From: Octopus sinensis
Taxonomy: Eukaryota
Direction: 5' to 3'
DNA: 64,000 bases
Assembly (NCBI RefSeq): GCF_006345805.1
Contig: NC_043007.1
Coordinates: forward strand, 23,064,001-23,128,000
The notes beneath the pieces were generated by a model that saw only the letters and a program-made list of their open reading frames with translations, searched no databases and had not been told where the DNA came from. A program made the position numbers and the translations under genes. Below are positions 11,682 to 23,623 of this stretch, one piece after another. Every line of letters begins with the position of its first letter. Positions within the stretch are counted from its first letter, which is position 1.

Positions 11682-12058
11682 TTCTTTTATCTCTTACATG
11701 TTTCAGTCATTAGACTATGGTCATGCTGGGGCACTGCTTTGAAGAATTTTTAGTCAAATGAATTGATTCCATGACTTATTTTAAAACTTGGTACTTTTAT
11801 CACTCTTTTGTCAAACTACTAAGTTACGGGGATGGACACAAACCATCACTGGTTTTCAAGCGTCTGTGGAGGACAAACACTGACACACACACACACATAT
11901 TCAATGAGCTTCTTTCAGTTTCTGTCTACCAAATTCACTCACGAAGCTTTGGTTGGCCCAAGGCTATAGCAGAAGACCCTTTCCCTAATGTGCTACACAG
12001 TGGGACTGAACCCAGAACCATGTGCTTGAGAAGCTAACTTCTTACCACACAGCCATGC
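11682..12058 (-). mobile_element. SINE family A (older variant)
   Basis: Collinear with the A consensus but more diverged. Confidence 0.75.
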
Positions 12059-12337
12059 TGGAAATGTCTCTTGGTTGCTGTTATAAAAAGATCTATAGAA
12101 TTTTCTTGGGAAGAATACATTGGATAGGTGGGGGTTCGCATTGCTTTCTTTAAACACATAAGAGAACTTAAACCCCTTATTATGTGCTAACAAAAAAGCT
12201 GAGCCAATAGGGTACCATACAAATAGCTGACAAAATGTCATGTCTGGTCACTGGGACTGTTGTGTTCATGGCCAAGACAGAATTCAACAACCATATCCAT
12301 ATTGAGTAATATCATTCTTGCTATGAGCAGTAGCTAT

Positions 12338-12725
12338 ATCTTTTATCTTTTATTTGTTTCAGTCATTTGACTGCGGCCATGCTGGAGCACCGCCTTTAGT
12401 CAAGCAAATCGACACCAGGACTTATTCTTTGTAAGCCTAGTACTTATTCTATCGGTCTCCCTTGCCGAACCGCTAAGTGATGGGAACATAAACACACCAG
12501 CATCGGTTGTCAAGTGATGTTGGGGGGACAAACACACACACACATATATTTATACATATATATGACGGGCTTCTTTCAGTTTCCGTTTACCAAATCCACT
12601 CACAAGGCTTTGGTTGGCCCTAGGCTATAGTAGAAGACCCTTGCCCAAGGTATCATGTGGTGGGACTGAACCCGGAACCATGTGGTTGGTAAGCAAGCTA
12701 CATACCACACAGCCACTCCTGTGCC
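12338..12725 (-). mobile_element. SINE family A
   Basis: Full-length collinear copy. Confidence 0.85.
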
Positions 12726-13240
12726 TAAATGCTAAATATTTGATGAATATTTTGTTAGTTTGCAATATTAATTTCAATTTCTCTACTGGCAAAAGCCAGC
12801 TGTGTTAAACAAATGAGAGATATATCATTTGTTTTGCTTAGTGCTTTATAAACTAAAGATAATCACTGGTCCTAAAAAACATTTAGATAGCTAATTGCAT
12901 TGATTATCTGTATATATGTTATCTGTTTACTGCTAAACAAATAGAACTAGTGGAATAACTGTTTCAAGAAAAGAAAAACTTTTGTTTTTCTATCTTTGTT
13001 GGGAGAGAAGACTGTGTTCATCACTTTTCACTCTGGGAATTGTGAGAGGGAAGAAGGAAGTACCTAGAACCACAGATTTGGCCTGAATACTTGCAACAAA
13101 AAAGATACTGCCAAAGATACTCTAGGTGCCAGATAGTGTTGTGAAACCAGGCAAGATGTAAGGCTTGCAGCTGTAGTTTGGGGCTCACAAGGAAAAGAAA
13201 AGACAAGTTTAAAAAATTAGGTATTCTAACAAAAAATTTA

Positions 13241-13585
13241 GACCTGGCTGTGTGGTTAGAAGTTTGCTTCCCAACCACATGGTTCTGGGTTCAGTCCCAC
13301 TGTATGGCACCTTGGGAAAGTGTCTTCCTCTATGGCACTGAGGCCAACCAAAACCATGTAAATGGATTTGCTAGATGGAAACTGAAAGAAGCCTCGTGTT
13401 TGTCCCCCACTGATGCTTGACAACTGGTGTTGTTTTGTTAATATTCCTTTACCATAGCAGTTTGGCAAAAGAGACCAGATGAATAAGAACTAGACTTAAA
13501 AAAATAAGTATTGGGGTCAAATTATTTGCTTAACTCCTTTAAGGTGGTATCCTAGCATGGCCACTATCCCATGATTGAAACAACC
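13241..13585 (+). mobile_element. SINE family A (older variant)
   Basis: Head, CORE-like block and tail recognisable. Confidence 0.7.
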
Positions 13586-14600
13586 ATTGAGATAAAGCCA
13601 CCTCCTTCAGTACTACATCCTCATTCTGTGAGGTCTTGTCTTGCAAGTTACTTGTTGACCCTACTAGTGTTGGTGTCACAAAAAAAAAAAAGCACCCAGT
13701 ATAGTCTGTAAAGGGATTGCCACATGGAAGGGCATCCAGCTGTAGAAACCTTGCCTAAGCAGACACAAGCGAAGAATGTAACCCTTAGGCTTGTTGGATC
13801 CTGTTGAAATGTCCAACTCATGCCAGCATGGAAGATGGACATAAAATGATGAGGATGATGGTGATATTAGTAGAGATCTGTTTAATAATGGACATATTTT
13901 AATTATATTGCATCTCATCCATGAAATCCAGTCAGTACAAAACTACTTGATCAGCTGATAACAGTTTTTAAATATTGACGGTTATAACGATTTTTGGTTC
14001 ATTATCATCATCATCATCGTTTAAACGTCCGTTTTCCATGCTAGCATGTGTCGGACGGTTCGACCAGGGTCTGGGTAGCCAGAAGGTTGCACCAGGCTCC
14101 AGTCTGATCTGGCAGTGTTTCATTGTGCAATATTAAACGAGATTTAGTTAAGGAAAATAAGTCGATGGCTTGGATTAAAATAAACCATGAAAGTTCTTTT
14201 GAACTGAATGACTAGATTTGTCTTAAATCCATGCCATTAGCTTATTTGAATTATTTCTTTGAATTCGATTTAGTTTAATGCTATGCAAATTATTTGCAGC
14301 CATCCTTTTGCTGTATGTAAAAAGTTTTTTTCTTGATCAAAAGGTTTTATGCTGGCTGTGCTTTTGTCAAATACTGAAAGGCTTACAAAGATTAGAATAT
14401 AATTTCTTGAAATTATCTCCCCTTTCTTTGTAAGTTGCTAACAATTGCCAAGACTACTTTTTTTCTCTAAAGAGCAAATTTCAGTTTGATGAAAATGCTT
14501 TGCATGTATCATTTAGTTCATTAATGCCATCCTTATTTATCTTAGTCCATGCCTTTGGCTTATCTGAGTTATTTCCCTCGGTTTAGTTTAGATGTTTCAC

Positions 14601-14990
14601 GACGCAGGAGTGACTGTGTGGTAAGTAGCTTGCTAACCAACCACATGGTTCCGGGTTCAGTCCCACTGCGTGGCATCTTGGGCAAGTGTCTCCTGCTATA
14701 GCCTCGGGCCGACCAAAGCCTTGTGAGTGGATTTGGTAGACGGAAACTGAAAGAAGCCTGTCGTATATATGTATATGTTTGTCTGTGTTGGTCTCTCTAG
14801 CATTGCTTGACAACCGATGCTGGTGTGTTTACGTCCCCGTCACTTAGCGGTTCGGCAAAAGAGACCGATAGAATATGTACTGGGCTTACAAAGAATAAGT
14901 CCCGGGGTCGATTTGCTCGACTAAAGGCGGTGCTCCAGCATGGCCGCAGTCAAATGACTGAAACAAATAAAAGAGTAAAAAAGAGAGAGA
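14601..14990 (+). mobile_element. SINE family A
   Basis: Full-length, close to consensus. Confidence 0.88.
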
Positions 14991-16144
14991 GAAAGAGACA
15001 GCATAAATGCTGATAATGCGATAAACAGTTGACCTTTCAATGTGTCAGAGAATTGACAATAAGAGGCCAATATACAAAGTAGTTAGCGTTCATCAGCACA
15101 AACTTCCAACAATTCAATATACTGATTTATTTAAAGAACATAGAAGAGAAACAACGATTTCCTTGGATTTGGTAGTGTTTCTCTAATTTTTTTTTTTTTG
15201 TTTTTAGTCTCAATTCTCTCTTTTGTTATTATGTGAAACCAACAAAGGTAAGCCAAAGAGTTCAGGAAGGCCTTGGAAGAAGTGGAATAAATTTCACATT
15301 TTAGGAAGTTATCAGGCACTTTCTGCAATGCATAAAATTCACAAATTAAGTATTAGAATCAAGAAACTAAACAAAAATGTTATGTATTAGATTAATTGTA
15401 ATCCATTATTACAACCCATACTGGTGTCATGTAAAAAGCACTCTTGCTGGTGCCTCTTATAAAGTACCTGTGCAGGTGTCATGTGAAACGCACCCAGCAC
15501 ACATTGTAAAGTGGTTGACGTTAGGAAGGGCATCCAGTCATAGAAACTTTGTCAAAACACATTTGGAGCCTCATGCAGCTTGCCAGCTCCTGTCAAACTG
15601 TTTAATCCATACTAGCATGGAAAACGGACATTCAATGATAATGATAATGGTCGTTAGAGCATCGGAGAAAATATCTGGCATTATTTAGTTATGTTTAGAA
15701 AGCGGTGAGCTGGTAGAATTGTTAGCATGTTGGGCAAAATGCTTAGTGGTATTTTGTCCATTTTTACTTTGTGTGTTCAAATGCCACCAAGGTCAACTTT
15801 GCCTTTCATCCTTTTGGGGGTCAATGAAATAAGTACCAGTTATGCACTAGGGTCAACTAGTCCCCTCCTCTGAAATTTCAGGCTTCGTTCCTTTAATAGA
15901 AAGAATTATTTAGTTATGGATTTTGTTTTTCTGTCATGGTCAACTGTGGAAAGCAGTTTTATTGTGTCATCCCATAAATAATGTGGTTTTTTCAATTGCA
16001 AGAACTCCAAGTCGAAGGAGGACAGAATAAAGTACCTGCATCAACTTGCTGTACAGGCAGGTAGTAATTTTACCTGGTTTTTATTCTCAGTGCAAGTTTT
16101 GAAGAGTGTGGTTCGATTTCAACAGTTATTTTTTCAGAGCTATA

Positions 16145-16965
16145 ATGGAAGTGACAAAGGAGCATATTCGGCATATTTTGCTTTATGAGTTCAATAAAGA
16201 CTACAATGCAACAGAAAGTGTGAGGAATATTAATACGGGGATTGGACAATAAACATAAGCCAGTGTCAACAGTGGCTCCAAGAATCCCGAGCCGGAAACT
16301 ACAGCCTAGAAGACAAGTTTTGTCCTGGGAGATCTGCAGAGCTTGACAAGGAAGACCTGCAAACCTTGGTGGAACAAAATCCCATCGTAACTGTTGAGGA
16401 ACTAGTGGAGGAGCTTGTATTTGGTCATTCAACCATTCATTGATACCTGAGTGCCATTGGAAAAGTCAGCAAATTCGTTCAATGGGTTTCTCACAAACTT
16501 TCTGAGTCTAATCACATGCAGAGAGTGAATGTGTGCTCTACTTTGCTGTCACATCTCACAAATGAACCTTTTTTGGGCTAAATAATGACTGGTGATGAGA
16601 AATGGGTTCTCTCAAAAAATGTCAAGTGCTGAAGACAGTGGGTAAGAAAAGGAGAAACACTGACACCCCAGGTTAAAGGTGTTATCTCTATGGTGGGATA
16701 TGAAAGGTTTTAGTCCACTTTGAACCTTTAAACTCAAACCAAATGATAACAAAGGAGATCTACTGCAAGCAGTTTGAGCAGTTTAAGTCAGCACTAGAAC
16801 AAAAACGACCATCTTTGGATTCATGATGAAAGGTGTCCTTTCATCAGGATAATGCTCAGTTACATTACAGAGAGGATGACATTCCAAAGGCTGGAACAGT
16901 TTGAATGGGAAACAATGCCCCACCTACCATATTCACCGGACATTACTCCATCTGATTATCATTTC
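16145..16965 (+). pseudogene. Decayed mariner transposase
   Basis: MEVTKEHIRHILLYEFNK...NATES start; IMTGDEKWV (about 16585-16610), FHQDNA (about 16840) and PYSPDITPSDYH (about 16925-16963) catalytic motifs; multiple frameshifts and stops. Confidence 0.88.
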
Positions 16966-17097
16966 GGTGAAGAGGGAGAGTGCTGCGTATTAAGTCTATA
17001 AAATTGTGCATAAAGTATATATAAAGTGAATTAAGTAATCGTTGTTTTCCAGTTTCCTTCACTTTTCAATGATTAGCAAATGAACGACTATCTTTTG

Positions 17098-17370
17098 ATA
17101 CGGTGGCTGATGCCAGCACCGCCTTGGCTGGCTTCCGTGCCGGTGGCACGTTAAAAGCACCAACCGATCGTGGCCGATGCCAGATTCCCCTGGCACCTGT
17201 GCAGGTGGCACGTAAAAAGCACCCACTACACTCGCGGAGTGGTTGGCGTTAGGAAGGGCATCCAGCTGTAGAAACACTGCCAGATCAGACTGGAGCCTGG
17301 TGCAGCCCCGTCCAACCCGTGCTAGCACGGAAAACGGACGTTAAACGATGATGATGATGATGATGATGAC
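17098..17370 (+). mobile_element. SINE-like family D
   Basis: Two subrepeats, core, (GAT)n tail. Confidence 0.8.
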
Positions 17371-17882
17371 AACACAGGCTACGCTTAATTTTTTTTTTGT
17401 GGGGGGATAAGTTTTCAGAAATAACCCAATAAGTTTACCATTAATCCTGTGAAATATTCATGGGTCCTGCTAGTGAAACATAAGAACTTAAATTGTCAAT
17501 CAGAAGCACTTTAAACATGTAGGCACAGGTTTTATAAAACCTTTAAATATTATAGGAAATCTAACAAAGATTTGGATTAGTAAATAAATACAGATTCTTC
17601 CTTTCTTTGTGATATTAAAATATAGGGTGATACTTACAAATAGATAGATAAACTGAATAGAATTATTTGACTATAAGTAAATGTACAAGACATAAATTAG
17701 ACATTAAATAAAGATTGAATAGATATTCTTGGAGTTAGAACCCGGGTACATCTAATCTATAACAAATGGACAGTTATAATTGCATTAAATTTTAAAATCT
17801 GAAATTTTAATTGGCATCTTCCAATTATAAAAATAAAAATATAAAAGAAATATTTTGACCAGTTTATGATTTCATAACTTCA

Positions 17883-20552
17883 TGTTTCTTAGTGCAAGCC
17901 TCCTGTCGTTGGTACGTTTTACTTTTTCCCTGTGTTTTATTTGGTTGAAGTAGTGTGGTGAATTGTTGTTATTGTTTTGTTGAAAAGAACTGTTGTTTGC
18001 TGTTTTTGGAAGCTGCTTGTTGAAATCCCCCTCCCCCCTGCGGGGTAATTATTGTTTCTGTAAAAAAAAAAAAAAAAAAAATGGAAACTTCTTTGCTTGC
18101 ACCATTCTCATACTCACCTGTGTCTGAATCAGATGAAGAAAGAATTTCACCGGCAGTGATGCTGAGAGAATTAAACTTTTCTGAAGAGGAAAAATTACCG
18201 GCAGTGTCGCCAAAAGTTCGCCGAGGTAGCGGGAGGAAAAAAAAATCATTTAAATACGTAGCGAAGCAACCTGCAAAGATATATGTCAATACTTAAAAAA
18301 GAAGGGTCTGAAATTCGAGTGGCCACTCCGGAAGAAACAACTGACATAGTTAACAGGAGGAGAATCTTGTATAAAACATACAACATTGGGAAACAAGGAT
18401 ATATAAAACAGAGGAGAAAATTGTGGAAAATGCTTGAAACCCATTTGGCCTGATATTACGTATATTAACCGTGGCAAAAGATTTGAAACGGTCGAAGTGA
18501 GGTTTAGATCAGAGGAAGCAGCCAAGAAGTACTCCTCGGAGACCCTCAGAACGGAGGAGGTGGTTCTTCTTCCCGTGTATATGGGAAGAACATCGAAGGT
18601 GAAAGTCAACAACATCCTCCCAGAAGTTAATGTCACCTGTTTAGTGGCAGCTATCACGATGGGCCTGGATGAAAAAAATAACTATTCTCCAGGCCTCTGT
18701 GGAAAAAGAGGAAAATTGGAAGGGACAATGCTTGGCAATGCTAATTCAAGCAGAAGTCGCAACCCTCAAAGAGATTGCAGAAGTCATAAATGTTGGCAGA
18801 GAAGAAAGATTGATAGTATTTGTAGAAGGAAAAAAAAAAAACCAAGGTGGTTTAACTGTGGGTTGAAGGGCCACATCAGGTCGGAATGTAAACCGAAAGA
18901 AAAGGAACAAGAAGAAGAAGAAGTATTAGAAGAAACAACAAATGAAACGCCAGCACCAACACCAAGAGTAGACTTAACACCAATATTGACAGAAGAGAGT
19001 GAAGAGAAAGACAAGACAGAGAGGGGGGGGTCAACTGTTTCCCCAAAAAAAGAAGAAAAAAACACAAACCACCCCTACTAAACTGAACTTAAGAAAGAAG
19101 AACGAGAAAGAAAATGTTAATTGCGAAAAGTTAGTCGGCTTGCAGCACAGCACCTGGAGAGGCAAGTCAATGCATCCTGACAGCGTCGTGGGACATTGGA
19201 CGGAGGGTCCGATTAAGTTGCTAGGAGTTTGGTTTGGACCAGACCTCCAAATAGAGAAGAACTGGGCTGAGGTATTGAGCAGGGTGACCCACATAGTCAA
19301 GGCCTGGTCTTGGTGGTGGCTATCTCTGAAAGGGAGAGCAGAGGTAGCCAATGTGTTCATCGCATCGGTCATCACCTACCGCCTAACCGTTGTTCCTTGC
19401 CCTGATTCGTGGTTGAACAAGCTGGAAAGACAGCTCTTCCACTTTTTGTGGAAGGGCTCGAAACCGCTTGTGAAATGCTCTACTTGCTGCCAACAACCAT
19501 TAAAGGGTGGGCTAGGGCTGCCTTGGCTGTTGATGCGCAGACATGCGCTGAGGTTGAGGCATCTGTGGCTCTACCTCGATGGTGAATGTGTGTGGTCTCC
19601 ACTGGCGAAATGGATGTTTCCCAAGTTCACTAGTTTCAGTGGATGGGAATCCTGGTTCTATCGAAGATCGAAGTTGAGTACATGGTTAAAAGAGTGTTGC
19701 AAGGCTCTCCTGCTATTCCATCGCTCAGGCAATGCCTACGGTGGAGGTTCCACTGCATTCTTTTATAGAGGGCTTGTAGAGGCGGAATGTGACAATACCT
19801 TAGGGAGAAACCCTAGGTCTCGACAATAATCAGCTGGCCAGTCTGTTCCAACGTACATTTGGGCTGAAGAGCCTGGACAACTTTCAGAAGTCTCTGGCAT
19901 GGCAGTGTTACAGAGGAGCTCTACCTGTTCGGGACAAGCTCACAAGGCATGGTGGCTGTGGCCCTCGACCTGTCCAAGATGTGAGTGGGATGGGTTTATG
20001 CTGAACAACTGTTGCCAAGAGCAGGAAGAGTACAGCTATTGACTGAGTCTATAGTAAAAATTGACCTGCCTGATTTCCTTTCGAAAGAAGGTAAGAATTG
20101 TTTTCTCATTGTAGTAGCAACTGCGAGAGAGGTAATTTGGAAAATGAGGCTGAAAGGGTTAAAGTCAGGCACTTTCATCTTTGGCCCTGAATTGGTGAAT
20201 TACTTCACCTTTCACCTTAAAAGGAAAATAGGGCTAGAGAGAAAATGCATGACTGTGAAAATGTTTGAAAATCAATGGAAGAATGTAGCACGGATGTTGT
20301 GTCTGGATGGAACCTTATGAATGCAACATAGGATGTAACTCAGGTATCAGTGGCGAGGCAGGGCTCGTGGGGTCCGAAGTAAACCTGCCCCCACTCCATT
20401 CGTAATGTCTTCCAGTCTGTCCTACTATTCAATTTTATTATATTTCCTTATTTTTGTAAAATTTCTTTGTATAATCATTCGCTCATCTGACTCCAAAATC
20501 AGATTGTATTGTCCCCTCTTTGTTGGCCCCTTGTGGGTAATAAAAAATCAAA
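17883..20552 (+). mobile_element. Tx1/L1-clade non-LTR retrotransposon, 5'-intact but internally deleted
   Basis: 12-bp TSD TTCATAACTTCA (17871-17882, 20553-20564). Frameshifted ORF1 from 18081 has a zinc knuckle WFNCGLKGHIRSEC. ORF2 C-terminus runs from about 19110 (NCEK...GPIKLLGVWFG, LSLKGR, LFHFLWKG, GGLGLP, zf-RVT-like LAWQCYRGALPVRD...CPRC); no endonuclease or RT core. Confidence 0.88.
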
Positions 20553-20640
20553 TTCATAACTTCAAATATAATTTAAAATATAATTTGATTTTGTATTATG
20601 AACTATATTTGGATTACCGGATAATATAATGAATTTTATA

Positions 20641-20754
20641 CAAAAGTATTATGAATCGCTACAGAGGATTTACCAAGACAAAAGTATTATGGATTGCTAC
20701 AGAGGAATTACCAAGACAAAAGTATTATGGATTGCTACAGAGGAATTACCAAGA
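20641..20754. repeat. 38-bp tandem repeat x3
   Basis: CAAAAGTATTATGGATTGCTACAGAGGAATTACCAAGA units start at 20641, 20679 and 20717. Confidence 0.9.
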
Positions 20755-21046
20755 AGACATATATGAATTTCAAGATTCTCATACTGAAGTATATACAAAT
20801 TTCACATTTCTAAACTAACTATATGGACTATATTTGGAATACAAGATAATATGACTGATTTTACGTATGAATATTATGGATTATTGCAGAAGAATAACCA
20901 AGGAAGTATATATAGATTTAAAGACTCTCATCAAAAACAGTAATTTTTAATTTTAATTTATATTTCAAACAAACACCAGTTTACTGTTTTACTTCAAATT
21001 TTAAAAAAAACTATCATTCGATATGTTATACAATATTCATATTCTA

Positions 21047-21138
21047 TATCTCTGAAGAGCAGAAACGTTGTCTATAAATGCTTATCAATATAGGATTTCA
21101 TTATAGGGACAACTCTTCTGTGAAACGATCGTAAGATG
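21047..21138 (+). ncRNA. Type I hammerhead ribozyme motif with extended stem II (probably slightly decayed)
   Basis: TATCT-CTGAAGA-GCAGAA...TTCTGT-GAAA-CGATCG-TA-AGATG: stem I, catalytic core, stem II, palindromic stem III and a GUA cleavage triplet are all present (hand-folded). Confidence 0.65.
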
Positions 21139-22289
21139 CTTTAAATAACTAATTCAAAACTTTTAAACTAACATATATATTTATACATTATATTTATACT
21201 TATACATATTTACATATTTTTTTATATATATTTATATTTATTTATTTATATATATTTTTAATACAACAACTATTTTAACATGGGTATATCTTTCTGAGGA
21301 GTTTTGATATTAATTTCCTTATATTAATAATAATAATATATTATTAAAAAATATATATGTATAAGTATATAGTGAAAACATTCAAACATCATCACTATTT
21401 TTTCAAATCTTGCTGCATTTCACATGCACATTTTGGTCGTCCATAGTTGTCTTGGTGTTAAACCAACCAACTTTTTGGGGGGCTGTAAATTTTGGTCCGA
21501 AAAATTCAATTTGTACGCCAAAAAATTCAATAAAAACTTATTTTGATTGACTAGAAGGGGGGGGGGAAGCTGAGATTGAAACAGTAAAAAAAAAGGTTAA
21601 CTGAAAAATAGATATAGAACAAGAATAAAACTCACTGAACATTCAAAATTTTGTGATACAGAATTGCAACTTGCTCGAGCAATCATTGCTGAGTTCTTGA
21701 TACGACATTCTGATAAAAAAAAAAAAATAATAAAATAAAACAAAATATTGTGCAGCCATCTTCTGTATTATAGAAATGCTGCATTCATGAAAATTTTGCC
21801 ACAATGGAATTTCATAACACAAAAGCATTTTTTTCATTGACTTCCACGGTCAATGGGAAATAGGGTTTGCATTATGTAAACTTGCTTCCCAACCATGTGG
21901 TCTGAAGTTCAATCCCACTGCATGACACCTTGGGCAAATGTCTTGTACTATAGCACAGGGCCAACCGAAGCCTTGTGGTGGATTTGGTAGAGGGAAATTG
22001 AAAGAAGCCCATCATATATGTATGTGTGTATGTATGTATGTATGTATGTATGCATGTTAACGATCCTGCCAGCTTGCCGCCTTACACTAATCTTATAATA
22101 TTAATAATGTTTATTTTATCAGCACTTGATATGTCACAGATTCTATTTTATGATTTTTTTTAATACCAAAAAAAAAATAAAAATAAAAAATAAAAGATGA
22201 ATTTGCCTCTTTATTTTTCATTTTTATTCATCACTATTATCCAAAGTTGCTTAATCCCACACTGGACATTTCTAAAGTATCATCTATAG

Positions 22290-22819
22290 CAGTAGTTCTC
22301 AACTAGGGTCCATATGGCCCTTGGTGGTGGTAGTGGTGGTGGTGGAGGGGTCCATATAAGATTTTGTTGTTAAAATTTATCAGTTATAAATTTGTAGTGA
22401 CGCCTGGATGGAAGCAGCATGGTTAGTTAGTTAGACACAAAATACGAAGGCATTTTCACAGACTCGCAATGTCGCTCGCTGTCAGAATGCCAGCTCTATG
22501 GAGCTGGTCTTAGTCGCGTCCTGTCCGGTCAGAAGCCGGGGCTGAAGAGAGAGAATAGCGGTCAAGCCTAGCTGCTGCTGATGACTGCGCATGCGCATGA
22601 GAGACTTCCGGCAGGCCTTCCGGAAGACTGATACTTGTGCACGCGCAGATGAAAATCCCAAAATGGCATCTGAAACCTGGCGTCACTACAAATTGGTTGT
22701 ACTTCTGAAATACACAAAATATTTTAACAATTTTATAAAAACTCCAAAGAGCTAGGGGTCCAGCAGAGAAAAATAGAAATCAAAAGGGTCCACAGGCAAA
22801 AAATGGTTGAGAACCACTG
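22290..22819. mobile_element. hAT (Charlie-like) MITE carrying a nested insertion
   Basis: TIR CAGTAGTTCTCAAC / GTTGAGAACCACTG; TSD ATCTATAG / ATCCATAG. Confidence 0.82.
22393..22690. mobile_element. 298-bp GC-rich TG...CA element (solo LTR or Sola1-like MITE)
   Basis: Terminal IR TGTAGTGACGCC / GGCGTCACTACA; 4-bp TSD AATT; empty site visible in the sister MITE near 5153-5162. Confidence 0.8.
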
Positions 22820-23117
22820 ATCCATAGTATCATCCCTCTAAGAACTTTAGATACCAAAACAAAATTCTACAAACATTTACTTACTCGAAATAAGTGAGAA
22901 TATTGAAGCATTTCGATTTCTTACAGTAGAAACAGGCAGCTCTTTTACTTCCTTCAGTTCTGAACATGGATGGCAATCATGGCCAGATGGCAAACCATAG
23001 GGATGTTTAATATGGTTGACATTCCAGGTAACTTTCGGTCTAGCTCTAATGCAAAACAGAAATTCAACAAATAATTTAGCGATTTCAGTTACAGACAGCG
23101 GTATTATTTTACGTGTA

Positions 23118-23520
23118 GGTGCAGAAGTGGCTGTGTGGTAAGTAGCTTGTTTACCAACCATATGGTTCTGGGTTCAGTCCCACTGCGTGGCACCTTGGGC
23201 AAGTGTCTTCTACTATAGCCACGGGCCGACCAAAGCCTTGTGAGTGGATTTGGTAGACGGAAACTGAAAGAAGCCCGTCGTATATATGTATATATATATG
23301 CGTGTGTGTGATTGTGTGTCTGTGTTTGTCCCCCTAGCATTGCTTGACAACCGATGCTGGTGTGTTTATGTCCCCGTCACTTAGCGGTTCGGCAAAAGAG
23401 ACCGATAGAATAAGTACTGGGCTTACAAAAGAATAAGTCCCGGGGTCGAGTTGCTCGACTAAAGGTGGTGCTCCAGCATGGCCGCAGTCAAATGACTGAA
23501 ACAAGTAAAAAAAAAAAAAG
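23118..23520 (+). mobile_element. SINE family A
   Basis: Full-length copy. Confidence 0.88.
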
Positions 23521-23623
23521 AGAGAGTGCACTATTTACATTAGTTGGACTGATGTCTACATCTTGTCAGACATCCAGAGGGTTTCAGTTCAATCTCAGGC
23601 AAAAAAGTAAAGCACTAGCTTAA

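Noticed and set aside
14583-15013. Recurrent 60-130 aa ORFs (RPEAIVEDTCPRCHAVGLNPEPCG and similar) across the window
   Set aside because: Chance frames within SINE A and related SINE copies; stops and frames differ between copies
15999-16060. Exon-like stretch on + (NSKSKEDRIKYLHQLAVQA) with AG/GT ends
   Set aside because: Weak acceptor, no recognisable homology and no partner exons; lies downstream of the IARS1 stop
17098-17370. Twister, pistol or HDV ribozyme assignment for the SINE D 5' module
   Set aside because: The required P2/P4 helices and conserved catalytic residues could not be placed; only a simple H-type pseudoknot is supported
20641-20754. 38-bp direct repeats as a CRISPR array
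   Set aside because: Contiguous tandem units with no spacers; eukaryotic context and no cas genes
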